From Candidatus Bathyarchaeia archaeon (lineage in GTDB: Archaea > Thermoproteota > Bathyarchaeia > 40CM-2-53-6): a stretch of DNA of 64,000 bases. The notes below the pieces were generated by a model. The model was not told the origin of the DNA. It worked only from the letters and a program-made list of their open reading frames with translations, and did no database searches. The stretch spans positions 96,001 through 160,000 of the forward strand of contig JBEKFP010000002.1 of the NCBI GenBank assembly GCA_050013255.1, in the 5' to 3' direction. Each line of letters begins with the position of its first letter. Positions within the stretch are counted from its first letter, which is position 1. The position numbers and the translations under genes were made by a program. Shown here in pieces: positions 21,182-31,511 of this stretch.

Positions 21182-22522
21182 TTACTGCAGCCAGTTGCTA
21201 TCTCCCGCAACAAAATACTTTGGCCCGGTCTGATTCCAGTTAAAGTGCTTCCAAGTCTCTTCAAGGTTATCTATTATGAGCCTACATTTCGTCAGATGTT
21301 TTTTCAATTGTGATTCTTGTATAGCGCGGTACAATCTGTGGCCGGCCACAATTAGAACGCATTCGAATTCAGAAAGGCCTTCCGGGAAGGTAAAGGTCTC
21401 AGTCCCGGCCAGCTTCTTGATCTCCTCTTGCGTGTAGTATGGGTCATTTATCTTCACTTTCACTCCGCGTTCCATGAGCCTCTTCGAGATACGCAGGGCT
21501 GGACTAAGCACATGGACCTTTAGGTCACCCTTGTAAGACAATCCCAAGATTCCAACATTCTTGAAACCAGCATTGGCGACGTGGTCCGCAACAAGCGCGG
21601 GCAGCTCGCTGTCGGTGGCAACAGTATCTTTGAGCAGTGTCAAATATTCCGGCCTCTCCGCACCCTCCAAGACGTATTTGGAAGACAAGGGAATGCAATA
21701 TCCGCCACTTCCAAAACTGGGCTTGTAAAATCCGACGTTCCATTTCGTTGCGACCAGCCTTAGCACTTCGGTCATGTTTAAGCTGGGATATGCAAGGCTG
21801 AGCTGGTTGGCCAGCGTGATTTCCATATGTCTGTATGCGTTTTCGACGCTCTTGACTATCTCTGCGTGTCTGTGGTCTGGTGCTGGGATTAGCCTGTCGC
21901 ACACAATACCTAGCACCTCGGTCATGAGCTTGGTTGTCTCGGGCGTTGTTCCTCCCACAATTCTTGGTAAGGACCGAAGGTTCTTTTCTGGACTGATGAA
22001 CCAGTCACGGCGAGGAGCCACGCCCAAGAAAACATCTTTGCCCACTGCTATGCCTTTCTTCTCGAAAATTGGGATTGCCAAATCGTCGGTTTTGTTTGGT
22101 GTTAATGTGGACTCTATGATTACGAGCGGAGGTTCGCCAGATTTTGGTATGTGTGTTGCGATCTTGGTGATGACATCTTCAAGCGCCCCATCCCATGGTT
22201 TGTCTTCTTTCTCGGTGGGTATTGCGACCATATGGACTGAAAACTCAGGAGCGAGAACTTTCTTCCAGTCCACGGTTGCAGTCATCATGCCTGAATCTAC
22301 GAGGTATCTTGTATCAAAGCCAAGCCAATATTCCATGTTTGGTACGGGCGTTTTGCCATCGTTGATTGTTGAAACAATCCTCTCCGAAACATCCGTCCCA
22401 ACACATGCTACCCCTTCGGCAGCGAAATTTGCCATCGTTGAGAATCCGATGTAGCCTGTTCCCCACACCGCTATCTTTCGTTCCCCTTCGAGTAGTCGGC
22501 TGCGTATTTGTTGTGGTTGCAA
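21182..22522 (-). CDS. Nucleotide-sugar dehydrogenase (divergent)
   Basis: GTGYIG, IPTE, IESTL, KSVENAYR, GGYCIP catalytic Cys, GLSYK. Confidence 0.9.
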   Translation of the reverse strand: MQPQQIRSRLLEGERKIAVWGTGYIGFSTMANFAAEGVACVGTDVSERIVSTINDGKTPVPNMEYWLGFDTRYLVDSGMMTATVDWKKVLAPEFSVHMVAIPTEKEDKPWDGALEDVITKIATHIPKSGEPPLVIIESTLTPNKTDDLAIPIFEKKGIAVGKDVFLGVAPRRDWFISPEKNLRSLPRIVGGTTPETTKLMTEVLGIVCDRLIPAPDHRHAEIVKSVENAYRHMEITLANQLSLAYPSLNMTEVLRLVATKWNVGFYKPSFGSGGYCIPLSSKYVLEGAERPEYLTLLKDTVATDSELPALVADHVANAGFKNVGILGLSYKGDLKVHVLSPALRISKRLMERGVKVKINDPYYTQEEIKKLAGTETFTFPEGLSEFECVLIVAGHRLYRAIQESQLKKHLTKCRLIIDNLEETWKHFNWNQTGPKYFVAGDSNWLQ

Positions 22523-22574
22523 TTGTCGTCGGCGGCTCTATGAGGAGTATGTGAATTAACTCTTTTGCAGAAAG

Positions 22575-23561
22575 TCAGGCATTCTTTGGCCGTAACGAAC
22601 TGATGAGCGTTTTCAAGCCTTCATTTAATTCTATTTTGGGTTCGAAGCCCAAGATGTTTCGAGCCCCAGCTATGTTAGCATAGCTTTCCCTGATGTCGCC
22701 AGGCCTTGTGTCGGTGTGAACGGGTGCAATGTCCGTCCTCCCATACATCTTAGCGAGTACCGAGTAGAGGTGGTTAATCGTTGTTGCAACTCCCGTCCCA
22801 ATATTGAAGGCCTCTCCTAGTCCGCTGTTGGTTTGCAATGCTCGAATGTTTGCCCTCGCAACATCTGAAACATGGATGAAGTCTCGCGTTTGTTCGCCGT
22901 CGCCATGAATGGTTGGCTGTGCCCCCTGGGCCAGTCGTTTTGCAAAGATCGCGATTACGCCACTGTAAGGGTTTGCGCTTTGCCTTTCGCCGTAGACGTT
23001 AAAGTACCTTAGAGAAACCGTGTTTAGCCCATAAGTCCGGTAGTAGGATCCGCAGTATTTCTCACCTGCAAGTTTTGAGACACCATACGGCGTGACGGGG
23101 TGTAGTGGGTTGTCTTCCGAGATTGGTAAAGTGCTCTGGTTACCGTAGACAGAAGATGAGGAGGCGAAGACTGTTCTTTCCAGTTTGTTCTTAAGTGCAG
23201 CACGAAGGACGTTTAGTGTTCCAGAAACATTTACTTCATTCACGATTTCAGGCTTCTTCACTGAGAAGTATGGGCTTACGATGGCGGCCAGATGTATGAT
23301 TGCATCAGTCTTCTTAGTCAATGAATCGAGTAATCTATATTGAGTGACCGTGCCTTTCCTGAAATGAAACTTGGGGTTCCTCTTGCAAAGCTTAAGGTTC
23401 CTTAAGCTTCCGCTGGAAAGATTATCGAGAACCCAAACTTCCGCGCCTCGGTTCAGGAGGAGGTCGACTGTGTGGCTACCGATGAATCCAGCGCCTCCGG
23501 TGACGAGAACTCGTATGCCACTTACACTTTCATTGATGGTGGGCAAGTCTGCGAAGCTCAC
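22575..23561 (-). CDS. NAD-dependent epimerase/dehydratase (UDP-glucose 4-epimerase-like)
   Basis: VTGGAGFIGSH, YGVSK, RYFNVYG, TRDFIHV. Start trimmed to GTG 23561 (or TTG 23546) to avoid overlap with the upstream gene. Confidence 0.93.
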   Translation of the reverse strand: MSFADLPTINESVSGIRVLVTGGAGFIGSHTVDLLLNRGAEVWVLDNLSSGSLRNLKLCKRNPKFHFRKGTVTQYRLLDSLTKKTDAIIHLAAIVSPYFSVKKPEIVNEVNVSGTLNVLRAALKNKLERTVFASSSSVYGNQSTLPISEDNPLHPVTPYGVSKLAGEKYCGSYYRTYGLNTVSLRYFNVYGERQSANPYSGVIAIFAKRLAQGAQPTIHGDGEQTRDFIHVSDVARANIRALQTNSGLGEAFNIGTGVATTINHLYSVLAKMYGRTDIAPVHTDTRPGDIRESYANIAGARNILGFEPKIELNEGLKTLISSLRPKNA

Positions 23562-23575
23562 AACGCGACAGCTAT

Positions 23576-24769
23576 TTATGACGCTCGCAGTCGAGACAGG
23601 TTCAATTTCAGTAAGTATGTTATCTTCGCGCCGTAGTGGACTCCAGACATGCATGGCCCCAGAAGGTCGATGACTGGTTGGGCCCCCTGATAGTTTAGAT
23701 CCCATCCGAAATAGCGTATGAAAAATGGCGAGGTCGTTATGGGAGAAAGAAATCCGCTAAGGAATGTTAGAGAGAATAGGAACAAATCGTTGTCCAACGC
23801 ATAACAGATACTAAGCAACGCTGATGCCCATATAAAATGTAGGCCATAACCTATTCCACTAGCGAAAAAAATCATTAGGGGTACCAAAACCAACAACACA
23901 AGTGCGGTATTTTTCTTCCAGCACGAGAATGAAACATAGAGTTGCAACACCAGCAAGAATGGCGTAAGCGTGAATAACGCAGCAAGACGAAACCCGAGGA
24001 AATCCAGAAGCTCAGGTTGAGTTGCCGGAAACCGTAGAAGTGTATTCAGTGGAGCAGCGAATGAACCAATTACGAATCCTTGGAGAACCAAACCGAGGAT
24101 TATCGGCATGACAAAAGCGGACGCAAAATGGGCCAAAGCCCTCGTCGCCGGCCGGCCTTCCACCCAAAGAGCATAGACTACAAAGAATGGTAGGAGCAAA
24201 ATCGGATAGAGCCGGAGAATAGTGGCCAAGGAAATACACAAACCGCAGCATGACCACTTTCGGTTCATACCGTACTGAATAGCGAGTAGCACAATTACTG
24301 CTGGGACAACATCCATCGTGGTGAACCAGTAAAGCCAATACCAATTGAACGGGTTGAGGTGCCAGGAGAGGAAGGCTTTGCTAGCTCTCGATGGGTTCAA
24401 CCTTCCCACCAGATTGAATACCAACAATCCCGTAAAGAAGTCGCAAACAATAATTGGGATCTTCATCACGTACATAAGTGAATACCGCGCGATAGACGGG
24501 TGTGTCACCATTTCAGCGAGCGTGGCGTGCTGGATTGGCAACAAAGTCCATAGCCAGTAGAATGGCGTAAGGAACATGTCTAGGCCAAGGTAGACCCCAA
24601 ATACCCCCACGGAGGGGAGCTTCCCATTGCTGATTAGGTTGAAAACGCCTTGGCTCCCATCAATCCAATAAAAAAAATCGCTTGTGAGCGATGGCAATGG
24701 AACAAGGATGAGCTTAATGGCCCAAACTGCAAGGACCATGATCATCCATTTTCGTGAAAGATTGAACAT
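23576..24769 (-). CDS. GT-C-type membrane glycosyltransferase (PIG-M/GT87-like)
   Basis: SDF loop, MKIPIIVCD, LNPF, MDVVP, LRLYPILL; many TM segments. Confidence 0.7.
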   Translation of the reverse strand: MFNLSRKWMIMVLAVWAIKLILVPLPSLTSDFFYWIDGSQGVFNLISNGKLPSVGVFGVYLGLDMFLTPFYWLWTLLPIQHATLAEMVTHPSIARYSLMYVMKIPIIVCDFFTGLLVFNLVGRLNPSRASKAFLSWHLNPFNWYWLYWFTTMDVVPAVIVLLAIQYGMNRKWSCCGLCISLATILRLYPILLLPFFVVYALWVEGRPATRALAHFASAFVMPIILGLVLQGFVIGSFAAPLNTLLRFPATQPELLDFLGFRLAALFTLTPFLLVLQLYVSFSCWKKNTALVLLVLVPLMIFFASGIGYGLHFIWASALLSICYALDNDLFLFSLTFLSGFLSPITTSPFFIRYFGWDLNYQGAQPVIDLLGPCMSGVHYGAKITYLLKLNLSRLRAS

Positions 24770-24775
24770 GAGATT

Positions 24776-26053
24776 TCAACCAGATTCGTAATCTCGTGCT
24801 CGCCTACGCCAATTCCAATGACTAACAACAGCTAAGACGTAGACCAAGGCGAATGCGTACATGGTGTCCTGGATAAGACCAGCCAGAATGAATTCGGTCA
24901 CGTCCGATCGAAGGAATTGTTGAATTGCGATCGAATATGCAGGTAGGCCGGTCCCCTCTATAGGGAAAAGAAGGAGGCTGTAGCCGCTCGGGGTTGCCAA
25001 ACCTGCAGAAGTGATGAACCAAGCAAAAAATACAGAAAGTTGGAAGACGACCAAGAGCAAAAGTCGACGTCGACCAAACAAGGCGACATCTAGAGTGATG
25101 AATGGCAGGACCCAAACGAAGTATTGCGCGTGAAACTCTGAGAACACAAAGTAAGTCAACAGCACGACCGTAACAAGATGAATGATATAACCTGACGGAT
25201 TCGAATCTTCTCCGAAGTACAGTGCGAGGAAATATACGACGACCAGCGCAGCCATGGCGACGCTGAGAGGGACGCTGGATGAGAAAATCCCTAAAATCGA
25301 CAAAGGTTGAGAGATCGGCGTGTAGTTCGTGAACTCCGCCACGGTAAGACTCGCGCCCTGCGAAAACCAAATCAGATAAGCGACAACTCCGAGAGGTCCG
25401 CAAAGCGTCATCCAAAGCTCGTGCAGCCGCTTTTCTGGGGAATACTTATGCAAATAGAGCAGTAGGGCAGGCAGGATGAGGATTGGGTAAAGCTTCAGCC
25501 CGATTGCGCAGAATAGAATTATGACTGATAAAATGGGCTTTTGCCGTAGCAGGCACAGCAGGGATACCAACGTAAGCAAGGCCACGAGAATATCAGGGAC
25601 GCCAATAAACTCAACAGCAAATAGAGTGAATGGATTCATGAACCAAATTAGACTCGTGAGGCGCGCAGACTCGCGGGAAACAGTGATTTTGCAAACTGTG
25701 AGATACAGTGCGGCCGACATGAGAATGTCGCAGATGAATCCGGGTAATCGTAGGAATAGCGAGAGTAGTCGAAGGTCCCCCTGCATCGTTGGAGGCGTCG
25801 TCGTTGACCAGGCGGCATAGGAGACGTTAGATCCTGTGAGCATTTTCCAGGCTTCGAAGAGACCGGTCTCCAAAGCAACCCAAGGCGAAGCGGAGAACCC
25901 TGAGACCGGAAATGATTGAAGCTCGTAGCTTGCAGGCGCCAAAGCTGAGAATGCCAACTTGATACTCGCCACCACAATAAACAGAACTAAGAATGCCATA
26001 CCATTGTTCAAGAAAATGGATAATGCCCTTAGCTGAGGAGCAATCAATTTCAT
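24776..26053 (-). CDS. GT-C-type membrane glycosyltransferase (PIG-M/GT87-like)
   Basis: LRLPGFICD, WFMNPF, GVPD, LKLYPILI, QYFVWVLP; distant paralog of the adjacent gene. Confidence 0.7.
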   Translation of the reverse strand: MKLIAPQLRALSIFLNNGMAFLVLFIVVASIKLAFSALAPASYELQSFPVSGFSASPWVALETGLFEAWKMLTGSNVSYAAWSTTTPPTMQGDLRLLSLFLRLPGFICDILMSAALYLTVCKITVSRESARLTSLIWFMNPFTLFAVEFIGVPDILVALLTLVSLLCLLRQKPILSVIILFCAIGLKLYPILILPALLLYLHKYSPEKRLHELWMTLCGPLGVVAYLIWFSQGASLTVAEFTNYTPISQPLSILGIFSSSVPLSVAMAALVVVYFLALYFGEDSNPSGYIIHLVTVVLLTYFVFSEFHAQYFVWVLPFITLDVALFGRRRLLLLVVFQLSVFFAWFITSAGLATPSGYSLLLFPIEGTGLPAYSIAIQQFLRSDVTEFILAGLIQDTMYAFALVYVLAVVSHWNWRRRARDYESG

Positions 26054-26127
26054 GAAGTTATCAATTCTGCCCTTCGAAGTTTTCTAGATTTAAGACTATT
26101 CCACCGATTGCGCAAATTCCGATTATT

Positions 26128-26271
26128 TTTCCTAGCACGGAGGTTACGCATAGAGCCGGTCGAAAGGTCATCGAGAACCCAGATCTCCACTCATTCCCCT
26201 AAGAGGGAGTCTACGGTGTGGCTTCCGATGAATCCTGCTTCGCCCGTCACTAGAATTCTGTCATAATCCAA
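26128..26271 (-). pseudogene. N-terminal remnant of an NAD-dependent epimerase
   Basis: Translates MDYDRILVTGEAGFIGSHTVDSLLGE*VEIWVLDDLSTGSMRNL versus IRVLVTGGAGFIGSHTVDLLLNRGAEVWVLDNLSSGSLRNL of 22575-23561; internal TGA, truncated. Confidence 0.85.
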
Positions 26272-26282
26272 ACTCGCGCAAC

Positions 26283-26987
26283 TCACGAGTGAGATGGCGT
26301 TTTCGATTTATCGCTCAGTTGGCGTACTTCCTCGAGGGTCTTGAAGGTTCCAATATCATAGTGCCTTTTCTGCGTTAGGTATGCAAATACGGCCTTTCGG
26401 TCACGCAAAAGCTCCGGGACCACCTGTTGTGAGATGTCAGTGCTGGGTTTGCAATATGACAGAATTTCTTTCTCGCAAACCAGTATGCCCATGCTGACAG
26501 GATATTCTTTGATCACCGGTTTTTCTTCAAAGTACGTAATTCTGCCATCATCGGCCACTCGTGCTACACCATATTCAATTGGAACCGTAGTGCTCATAGC
26601 AATAGTGCAAATCGAGTTTTTCTCGATGTGGAATTGAATCATGGCCCGCAAGTCCATATCAGTCAACACATCTCCGTAATACACAACGAACCTGTCGCCG
26701 AGAAGTCTGGCGGCCGCGCCCAACGCGCCGGCTGTGCCGATCCGCTCTTCTACTGAGTATTCTATTTTCACACCGTATCGGGTTCCGTCGCCTAGATGGT
26801 TTCTGAGCAAGTCATACTCGTTCTGCGAAATGAGCATCACTATCTCCGTGACGCCATGGTCTTTGAGGTAATCGATAATGTGCTCGATGACGTAGCGGCC
26901 ACCAATCGGTATCAATGACTTTGGAACGTAGCTGGTGATCGGGTAGAGGCGGGTTCCCGCACCTCCAGCCAGAATAGCCGCCTTCAA
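26283..26987 (-). CDS. Sugar-phosphate nucleotidyltransferase (NTP transferase domain only)
   Basis: MKAAILAGGAGTRL..PK, GTAGAL, YYGD, EKP, YDIGT. Confidence 0.93.
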   Translation of the reverse strand: MKAAILAGGAGTRLYPITSYVPKSLIPIGGRYVIEHIIDYLKDHGVTEIVMLISQNEYDLLRNHLGDGTRYGVKIEYSVEERIGTAGALGAAARLLGDRFVVYYGDVLTDMDLRAMIQFHIEKNSICTIAMSTTVPIEYGVARVADDGRITYFEEKPVIKEYPVSMGILVCEKEILSYCKPSTDISQQVVPELLRDRKAVFAYLTQKRHYDIGTFKTLEEVRQLSDKSKTPSHS

Positions 26988-27475
26988 TCAGTAAGCCCTA
27001 GGTTTCAGCCACGAAACGGGTCGGCTAATAAGCCTTTGATTAGGGCGCAAGGCCGCCGCAAATGAAATTGGGAAAAACGCCAGTTGCTAGGAGACTTCAC
27101 TTCGATCATCAAGAAATGTGAAAGGCTCAACTCGTTGAACGGGCCGAGCGTGTCTGAACGGCGCTCGTATTGGGCCCAGCTTGATCTCCTCCATGTTCAG
27201 TTTCAAGAGACAGGTGGCGCGTAAAGCGTAGAGGGCCCCCAAAGAAATGTGTCGGTCGGCAGGCCGCCGTATATAGATTGGGCTATGCTCGTCCCGAATG
27301 TCAGGACGCTTACGCATTGCGAAGGCAGATTGCAAAAGGTGCATGCTTTGGCAGTTTTGTAGCGGGTCGGAGTCGCAACTTCCGGTTGTCTGCGGCAGCT
27401 CTGGCTATGAGTTTTATTCTTAGAACAATCGTTATCTTTCAAGCACATATGGGTTAGACGGGCCCGAACAGGCGA

Positions 27476-28249
27476 GTGATAGTGGCGCTCAATTCAAGAC
27501 ATTATTTTGACATGGTCACTGTTCTGACCGCGAAGGATTTCAAGATTCGCTATAGGAATTCAGTGCTGGGGTTCGCATGGTCGTTGTTGAACCCCCTCGC
27601 ATATATGGGAATTCTGACGCTCGTATTCTCGCTTCTCTACAGGGTTAATATCCCGAACTTTGCGGCTTGGGTTTTGATCGGGGTTCTGATATGGAGATTT
27701 TTCTCGGTGGGCACGAACCAGGGGCTGTTCAGTATAGTTAGCAATCCATCGCTGGTCAGCAAGGTGTACTTGCCCCGATATTTGTTAGTTCTCTCGAACA
27801 ATCTCGCTAACCTGCTCGGTGCCGGGCTCGAGTTTCTCGTGTTGCTTCCACTGCTGGTGATTCTAGGGGTCAGTTTTAGTTTCACTGTTTTTTTGCTACC
27901 GGTCATCCTTACATTTGAGTTCATGCTCATCTTTGCTCTGTCCCTCTCGCTTTCGGCGCTTAATCTCAAATATCGAGATTTCTACCAACTTTGGGACATC
28001 GCGCTTCAGCTTGGGTTTTGGTTAACGCCAATAGTATACGACGTTAGCCTGATTCCGTCCAAATATCGGCCTCTGTATCTGCTCAATCCTGTTACTAGCC
28101 TGATGGATTCTGCCAGGTTGATTTTTCTTGCGGGTCAGCTTCCTTCATTATACGACGTCGCTGTTGTGCTAGTGAGCGTAGTGGTTTTCTTCGCGATTGG
28201 ATTGGCCATTTTCAGATCTTTGGAGAGTCGGTTCGCAGAGGAATTGTAA
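27476..28249 (+). CDS. ABC-2 polysaccharide exporter permease (Wzm/TagG-like)
   Basis: DFKIRYRNSVLGFAWSLLNPL, KVYLPR, YRD, TPIVY, LNP, FAEEL. Confidence 0.93.
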   Translation: MIVALNSRHYFDMVTVLTAKDFKIRYRNSVLGFAWSLLNPLAYMGILTLVFSLLYRVNIPNFAAWVLIGVLIWRFFSVGTNQGLFSIVSNPSLVSKVYLPRYLLVLSNNLANLLGAGLEFLVLLPLLVILGVSFSFTVFLLPVILTFEFMLIFALSLSLSALNLKYRDFYQLWDIALQLGFWLTPIVYDVSLIPSKYRPLYLLNPVTSLMDSARLIFLAGQLPSLYDVAVVLVSVVVFFAIGLAIFRSLESRFAEEL

Positions 28250-28252
28250 CGC

Positions 28253-29014
28253 TTGCCAATAATCACTGTCGAGGATGTCTGGAAGCGGTTCAGGATACCG
28301 CACGAGAAGCGGGCGACGGTTTTCGATCACGTCGCTGGCACCCTTACGTTCTTGAGCGGAAAACGTTACAGCTACGAGGAATTTTGGGCCCTTAAGCAAA
28401 TCAGCTTCTTGGTTGAACAGGGGGAGTCGTTGGGAATAATTGGTCCGAACGGAAGCGGAAAAAGTACTCTCCTTAAAGTGATTGCGGGAATCATGAAACC
28501 TGACAAGGGCAGAGCTCACACCCAAGGGAAAATTGCCCCCGTGCTTGAACTGGGCATAGGTTTCAGTCCTGACCTAACAGTAAGAGAAAACCTGGTGATT
28601 TATGGGGTCGTTATGGGAATGTCGCGTTCTCAGCTGAAGAGAGATGCCGATTCAATTCTCGAATTTGCCGGGTTGAATAGGTTTCAAGATAGCAAGCTCA
28701 AGAATCTGTCTTCAGGTATGCAGGTGCGCTTGGCCTTCTCAATCGCAATTCAAACAGAAGCAAACATGTTCCTTGTAGACGAGGCATTGTCTGTGGGAGA
28801 TATGGAGTTTCAACAGAAATGCTTGCAGAAATTCCGCGACTTCAAGAGAGAAGGGAGATCAATAGTGCTTGTATCGCACAGCATGGATCTCATCCGCAGC
28901 TATTGTGAGAAGACACTGTACCTAGCGAATGGGGAAATTCGATTCTTTGGGGCAAGCGTGGATGCAGCAAGCAAGTATGTCGACGACATGAAGGCTCCAT
29001 TGGCAACGCGATGA
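28253..29014 (+). CDS. ABC polysaccharide exporter ATPase (Wzt/TagH-like, no C-terminal carbohydrate-binding domain)
   Basis: GPNGSGKST, LSSGMQVRLAFS, VDEALSVGD, VSHS; 253 aa. Confidence 0.95.
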   Translation: MPIITVEDVWKRFRIPHEKRATVFDHVAGTLTFLSGKRYSYEEFWALKQISFLVEQGESLGIIGPNGSGKSTLLKVIAGIMKPDKGRAHTQGKIAPVLELGIGFSPDLTVRENLVIYGVVMGMSRSQLKRDADSILEFAGLNRFQDSKLKNLSSGMQVRLAFSIAIQTEANMFLVDEALSVGDMEFQQKCLQKFRDFKREGRSIVLVSHSMDLIRSYCEKTLYLANGEIRFFGASVDAASKYVDDMKAPLATR

Positions 29015-29043
29015 ATGTCCGCTTCACAAGTTCAGCTTTTGAC

Positions 29044-30087
29044 TTAAGCTTCCAGGTCCGAATCAACGAGTTTGTCAAATGATGTAGAAACTGTCCTCAC
29101 AACGATTCGCTGACGCGCATCTGACAGGGTGCCCTTGATTCCTTTTGCCCCGAAACTCGAACCAAATCCTCTTGCCGGAGGAGTCAAAATGAGCAATTGT
29201 TCGAATCCGCTCGTCTGAAACCATGAGAGCACTTCTTTCTCTGTTGGGTGATGCTGGTACTGGGGGGAATACCAATCGAAATTTCCCACACGGGAATTGC
29301 CGATAATCATGTAATTCCTCAATTTCTGCAAAGGTGGGTCAGAGGAATGCTCGGCGGCGACTTCGCTGATCTTCCAGAGAAGCGAATGGGGGAGGCGTGT
29401 CGTTATAGAGCGCAAGGCAGAGTTGATTGCTTCGCGTCCCACGTCTGCTCGATCGTAGACCCATATCGAGAACTCTCCCTTTTGACGAAGGGTGGCTGAA
29501 ACAGAGGAGAACGCTGCCGATGGGTCGGGGGTGTGGTGTAGAACTCCAATCGAATAGATCGCATCGAATGTGTTCGTTGCGAAGGGTAGATTGTACAGGT
29601 CTCCCTGCACAAGATGCACGTTTGGAAGGTGGGCGGTGTTCAGGCTAGCGCTCTCAATAGCGTCACTCAGGTCGATTCCAACAACTTCCGCGCCGAATTT
29701 CGCCGCAAAGTACGCGTATCGGCCAAAGCCACAACCTGCATCGAGAACCAGTTTGCCCTTGAAAAAATTCTCAGTCCACAAGGTCTTTGCGAGAAATTCC
29801 GTCTTGTCTCCTTCGTCAATGCGCTTGAATTTTGTCCACTGAAATCCGAAGCTTCGTCTTGTTTTCTCAAGTTTCGAAGTAACGGTTCCGAGTTCCTTTG
29901 AGACGGACGCTGAGCTAGATGCCGAAGGTAGGATTCGTGGTATGCCATTGACTATTGGATAACTTCTTCCGCAATCCGATAGGAGGGTTCCTTCTTCTAT
30001 TTCTTCGCCACGAACAATCTCTTGTGAGAGATTGAAAGTTCGGTGGCAGAACGGACACACCAGTATCTCAAGTAAGCGTTGCTTCAA
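29044..30087 (-). CDS. Trm112-like domain fused to class I SAM methyltransferase
   Basis: LVCPFC...YPIVNGIPR, SFGFQW, LDAGCGFGR, GVLHHTP, NFDWYSP. Confidence 0.9.
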   Translation of the reverse strand: MKQRLLEILVCPFCHRTFNLSQEIVRGEEIEEGTLLSDCGRSYPIVNGIPRILPSASSSASVSKELGTVTSKLEKTRRSFGFQWTKFKRIDEGDKTEFLAKTLWTENFFKGKLVLDAGCGFGRYAYFAAKFGAEVVGIDLSDAIESASLNTAHLPNVHLVQGDLYNLPFATNTFDAIYSIGVLHHTPDPSAAFSSVSATLRQKGEFSIWVYDRADVGREAINSALRSITTRLPHSLLWKISEVAAEHSSDPPLQKLRNYMIIGNSRVGNFDWYSPQYQHHPTEKEVLSWFQTSGFEQLLILTPPARGFGSSFGAKGIKGTLSDARQRIVVRTVSTSFDKLVDSDLEA

Positions 30088-30099
30088 TATTATCGCGGC

Positions 30100-31164
30100 T
30101 CAACCGTTGCAGGCTGACCTAATCGATTCCAAGGTCAGCATTCCGATCCTATTCCAGTTGAAGTTCTTGGCCACCCATCGCCTGCCATTCTTCCCAAGCT
30201 GCTTCGCAAGCTTTCTGTCCGAGAGTATTGTTCTTAGAATTGACACCCATTTGTGTACATCACCGTTTGGGACGGTATAGCCTGTCTTCCCTTCCAAGAT
30301 TATCTCCGGGACTCCCCCCACTCTGCTGGCGACTACTGGGCGTTCCATGAGAGCGGCTTCGAGAACTGTCGTTGGACACATATCAAGACCGGAGGCTAAG
30401 ACGTAGACGTCGGCCTCTGAGAGCAGCCGTCTGAGCCCAGATGGGTAATCCACTTGCCCCAACATGTGAACGTTAGGTAGATTTGCGAACGTTTCCCGTA
30501 CCAGGGATTCGTATGTTTGGCTGATCGGTTGCCCACCTGAGATATAGAAGTTAACCTCTGGCATCTCTTTGACAACTCTTACAAATCCCAACAGTCCCCT
30601 CACCTTCGGCAATATCGTGTGATTCTGGATGATGCAGACGTTCGGATGTTTCAATTCAACGCCGGGCTCTTCGTAGAAGGTGTCAGGGTCTACTCCCTGA
30701 GGGATTACAATTGTCCGTTTTGAGGGGAAGTGCTCTAGAACAATATCGTTCAGTGCCCTACAGATGGGCGTTACAACCTCAGCCAAGGCAAGTGCCATGT
30801 AGGTGAAGTAGTACCGGTGCAATGCGAAAACTCTGTCAAGGTTGGTCGCTGTTGCAATCCAGCCATCGTACTCTGACCACCAGTCCCCGCGAAGGTGAGC
30901 GACTACGGGAACATTTTTTCTCGATAGAACTTTGTGAATCTTGGCGTACCAGACGGGGTAGTGCGGGTAATCCGTGTAGACAGCGTCTGGTTTTATCTCG
31001 CCAAGCTGTCTTAGGAGCTGTCGGGATGGGAGAAGCCAGCCCTTTGAGCTGAAGCAAGCTCCGACATCCAACAGAAAGGATTCGACGCCTGACGGAAAAG
31101 TCCTAATCATTTGCTCGAAGAAGTTCTTTTTGAATGAATTAACTACGAAGGCAACTCTCAACAT
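30100..31164 (-). CDS. GT4 glycosyltransferase (paralog group A)
   Basis: SGLDMCPTTVLEAALMERPVVASRVGGVPE; ATG 31164 preceded by SD-like GGTGGTGA. Confidence 0.92.
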   Translation of the reverse strand: MLRVAFVVNSFKKNFFEQMIRTFPSGVESFLLDVGACFSSKGWLLPSRQLLRQLGEIKPDAVYTDYPHYPVWYAKIHKVLSRKNVPVVAHLRGDWWSEYDGWIATATNLDRVFALHRYYFTYMALALAEVVTPICRALNDIVLEHFPSKRTIVIPQGVDPDTFYEEPGVELKHPNVCIIQNHTILPKVRGLLGFVRVVKEMPEVNFYISGGQPISQTYESLVRETFANLPNVHMLGQVDYPSGLRRLLSEADVYVLASGLDMCPTTVLEAALMERPVVASRVGGVPEIILEGKTGYTVPNGDVHKWVSILRTILSDRKLAKQLGKNGRRWVAKNFNWNRIGMLTLESIRSACNG

Positions 31165-31188
31165 GTCACCACCCAAGAGTCGCAAATA

Positions 31189-31416
31189 TCACTTCGTATG
31201 AATGTTTTTTATGAGCCTCATAGTTTTGCGCCGCACAAGATTAATGCCGTTTGACGTAAGCGAACTCGTGATAGTGAATATGTATTTCACATAGATCATG
31301 GAATATTTCACATGTCTCATGAACGTGCTTCCCATCACTAGGACAGAAATAGGGGTGTAGGTGATTAGCATCACAAATGGTCCTGCGAGAAGCAGAATAC
31401 GTGAGGGGCGATTCAT
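31189..31416 (-). CDS. Small membrane micro-protein (75 aa) upstream of GT4
   Basis: Paralogous to 32590-32865 (12/38 identical, ungapped); hydrophobic N-terminal half, basic tail; TATA-like TTTAAG about 33 nt upstream. Confidence 0.7.
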   Translation of the reverse strand: MNRPSRILLLAGPFVMLITYTPISVLVMGSTFMRHVKYSMIYVKYIFTITSSLTSNGINLVRRKTMRLIKNIHTK

Positions 31417-31511
31417 CTAGTGTCGCTGGCTCCATGCTTTAGCAGCGTCTTAAACTATCGTACAAGGTAGGTGGACATGAAGGTTGCGGCGGAAAAGACA
31501 ATGCGATGGCT

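Noticed and set aside
21774-22454. 226-aa plus-strand ORF and similar antisense ORFs (e.g. 52948-53448, 54253-54768)
   Set aside because: Antisense shadows of well-supported genes, with no motifs.
23562-23705. ORF-track N-terminal extension of the epimerase
   Set aside because: Overlaps the upstream GT-C gene and precedes the Rossmann motif without homology.
26990-27475. Long divergent intergenic region with 81-85 aa ORFs
   Set aside because: No recognisable protein, RNA structure or repeat.
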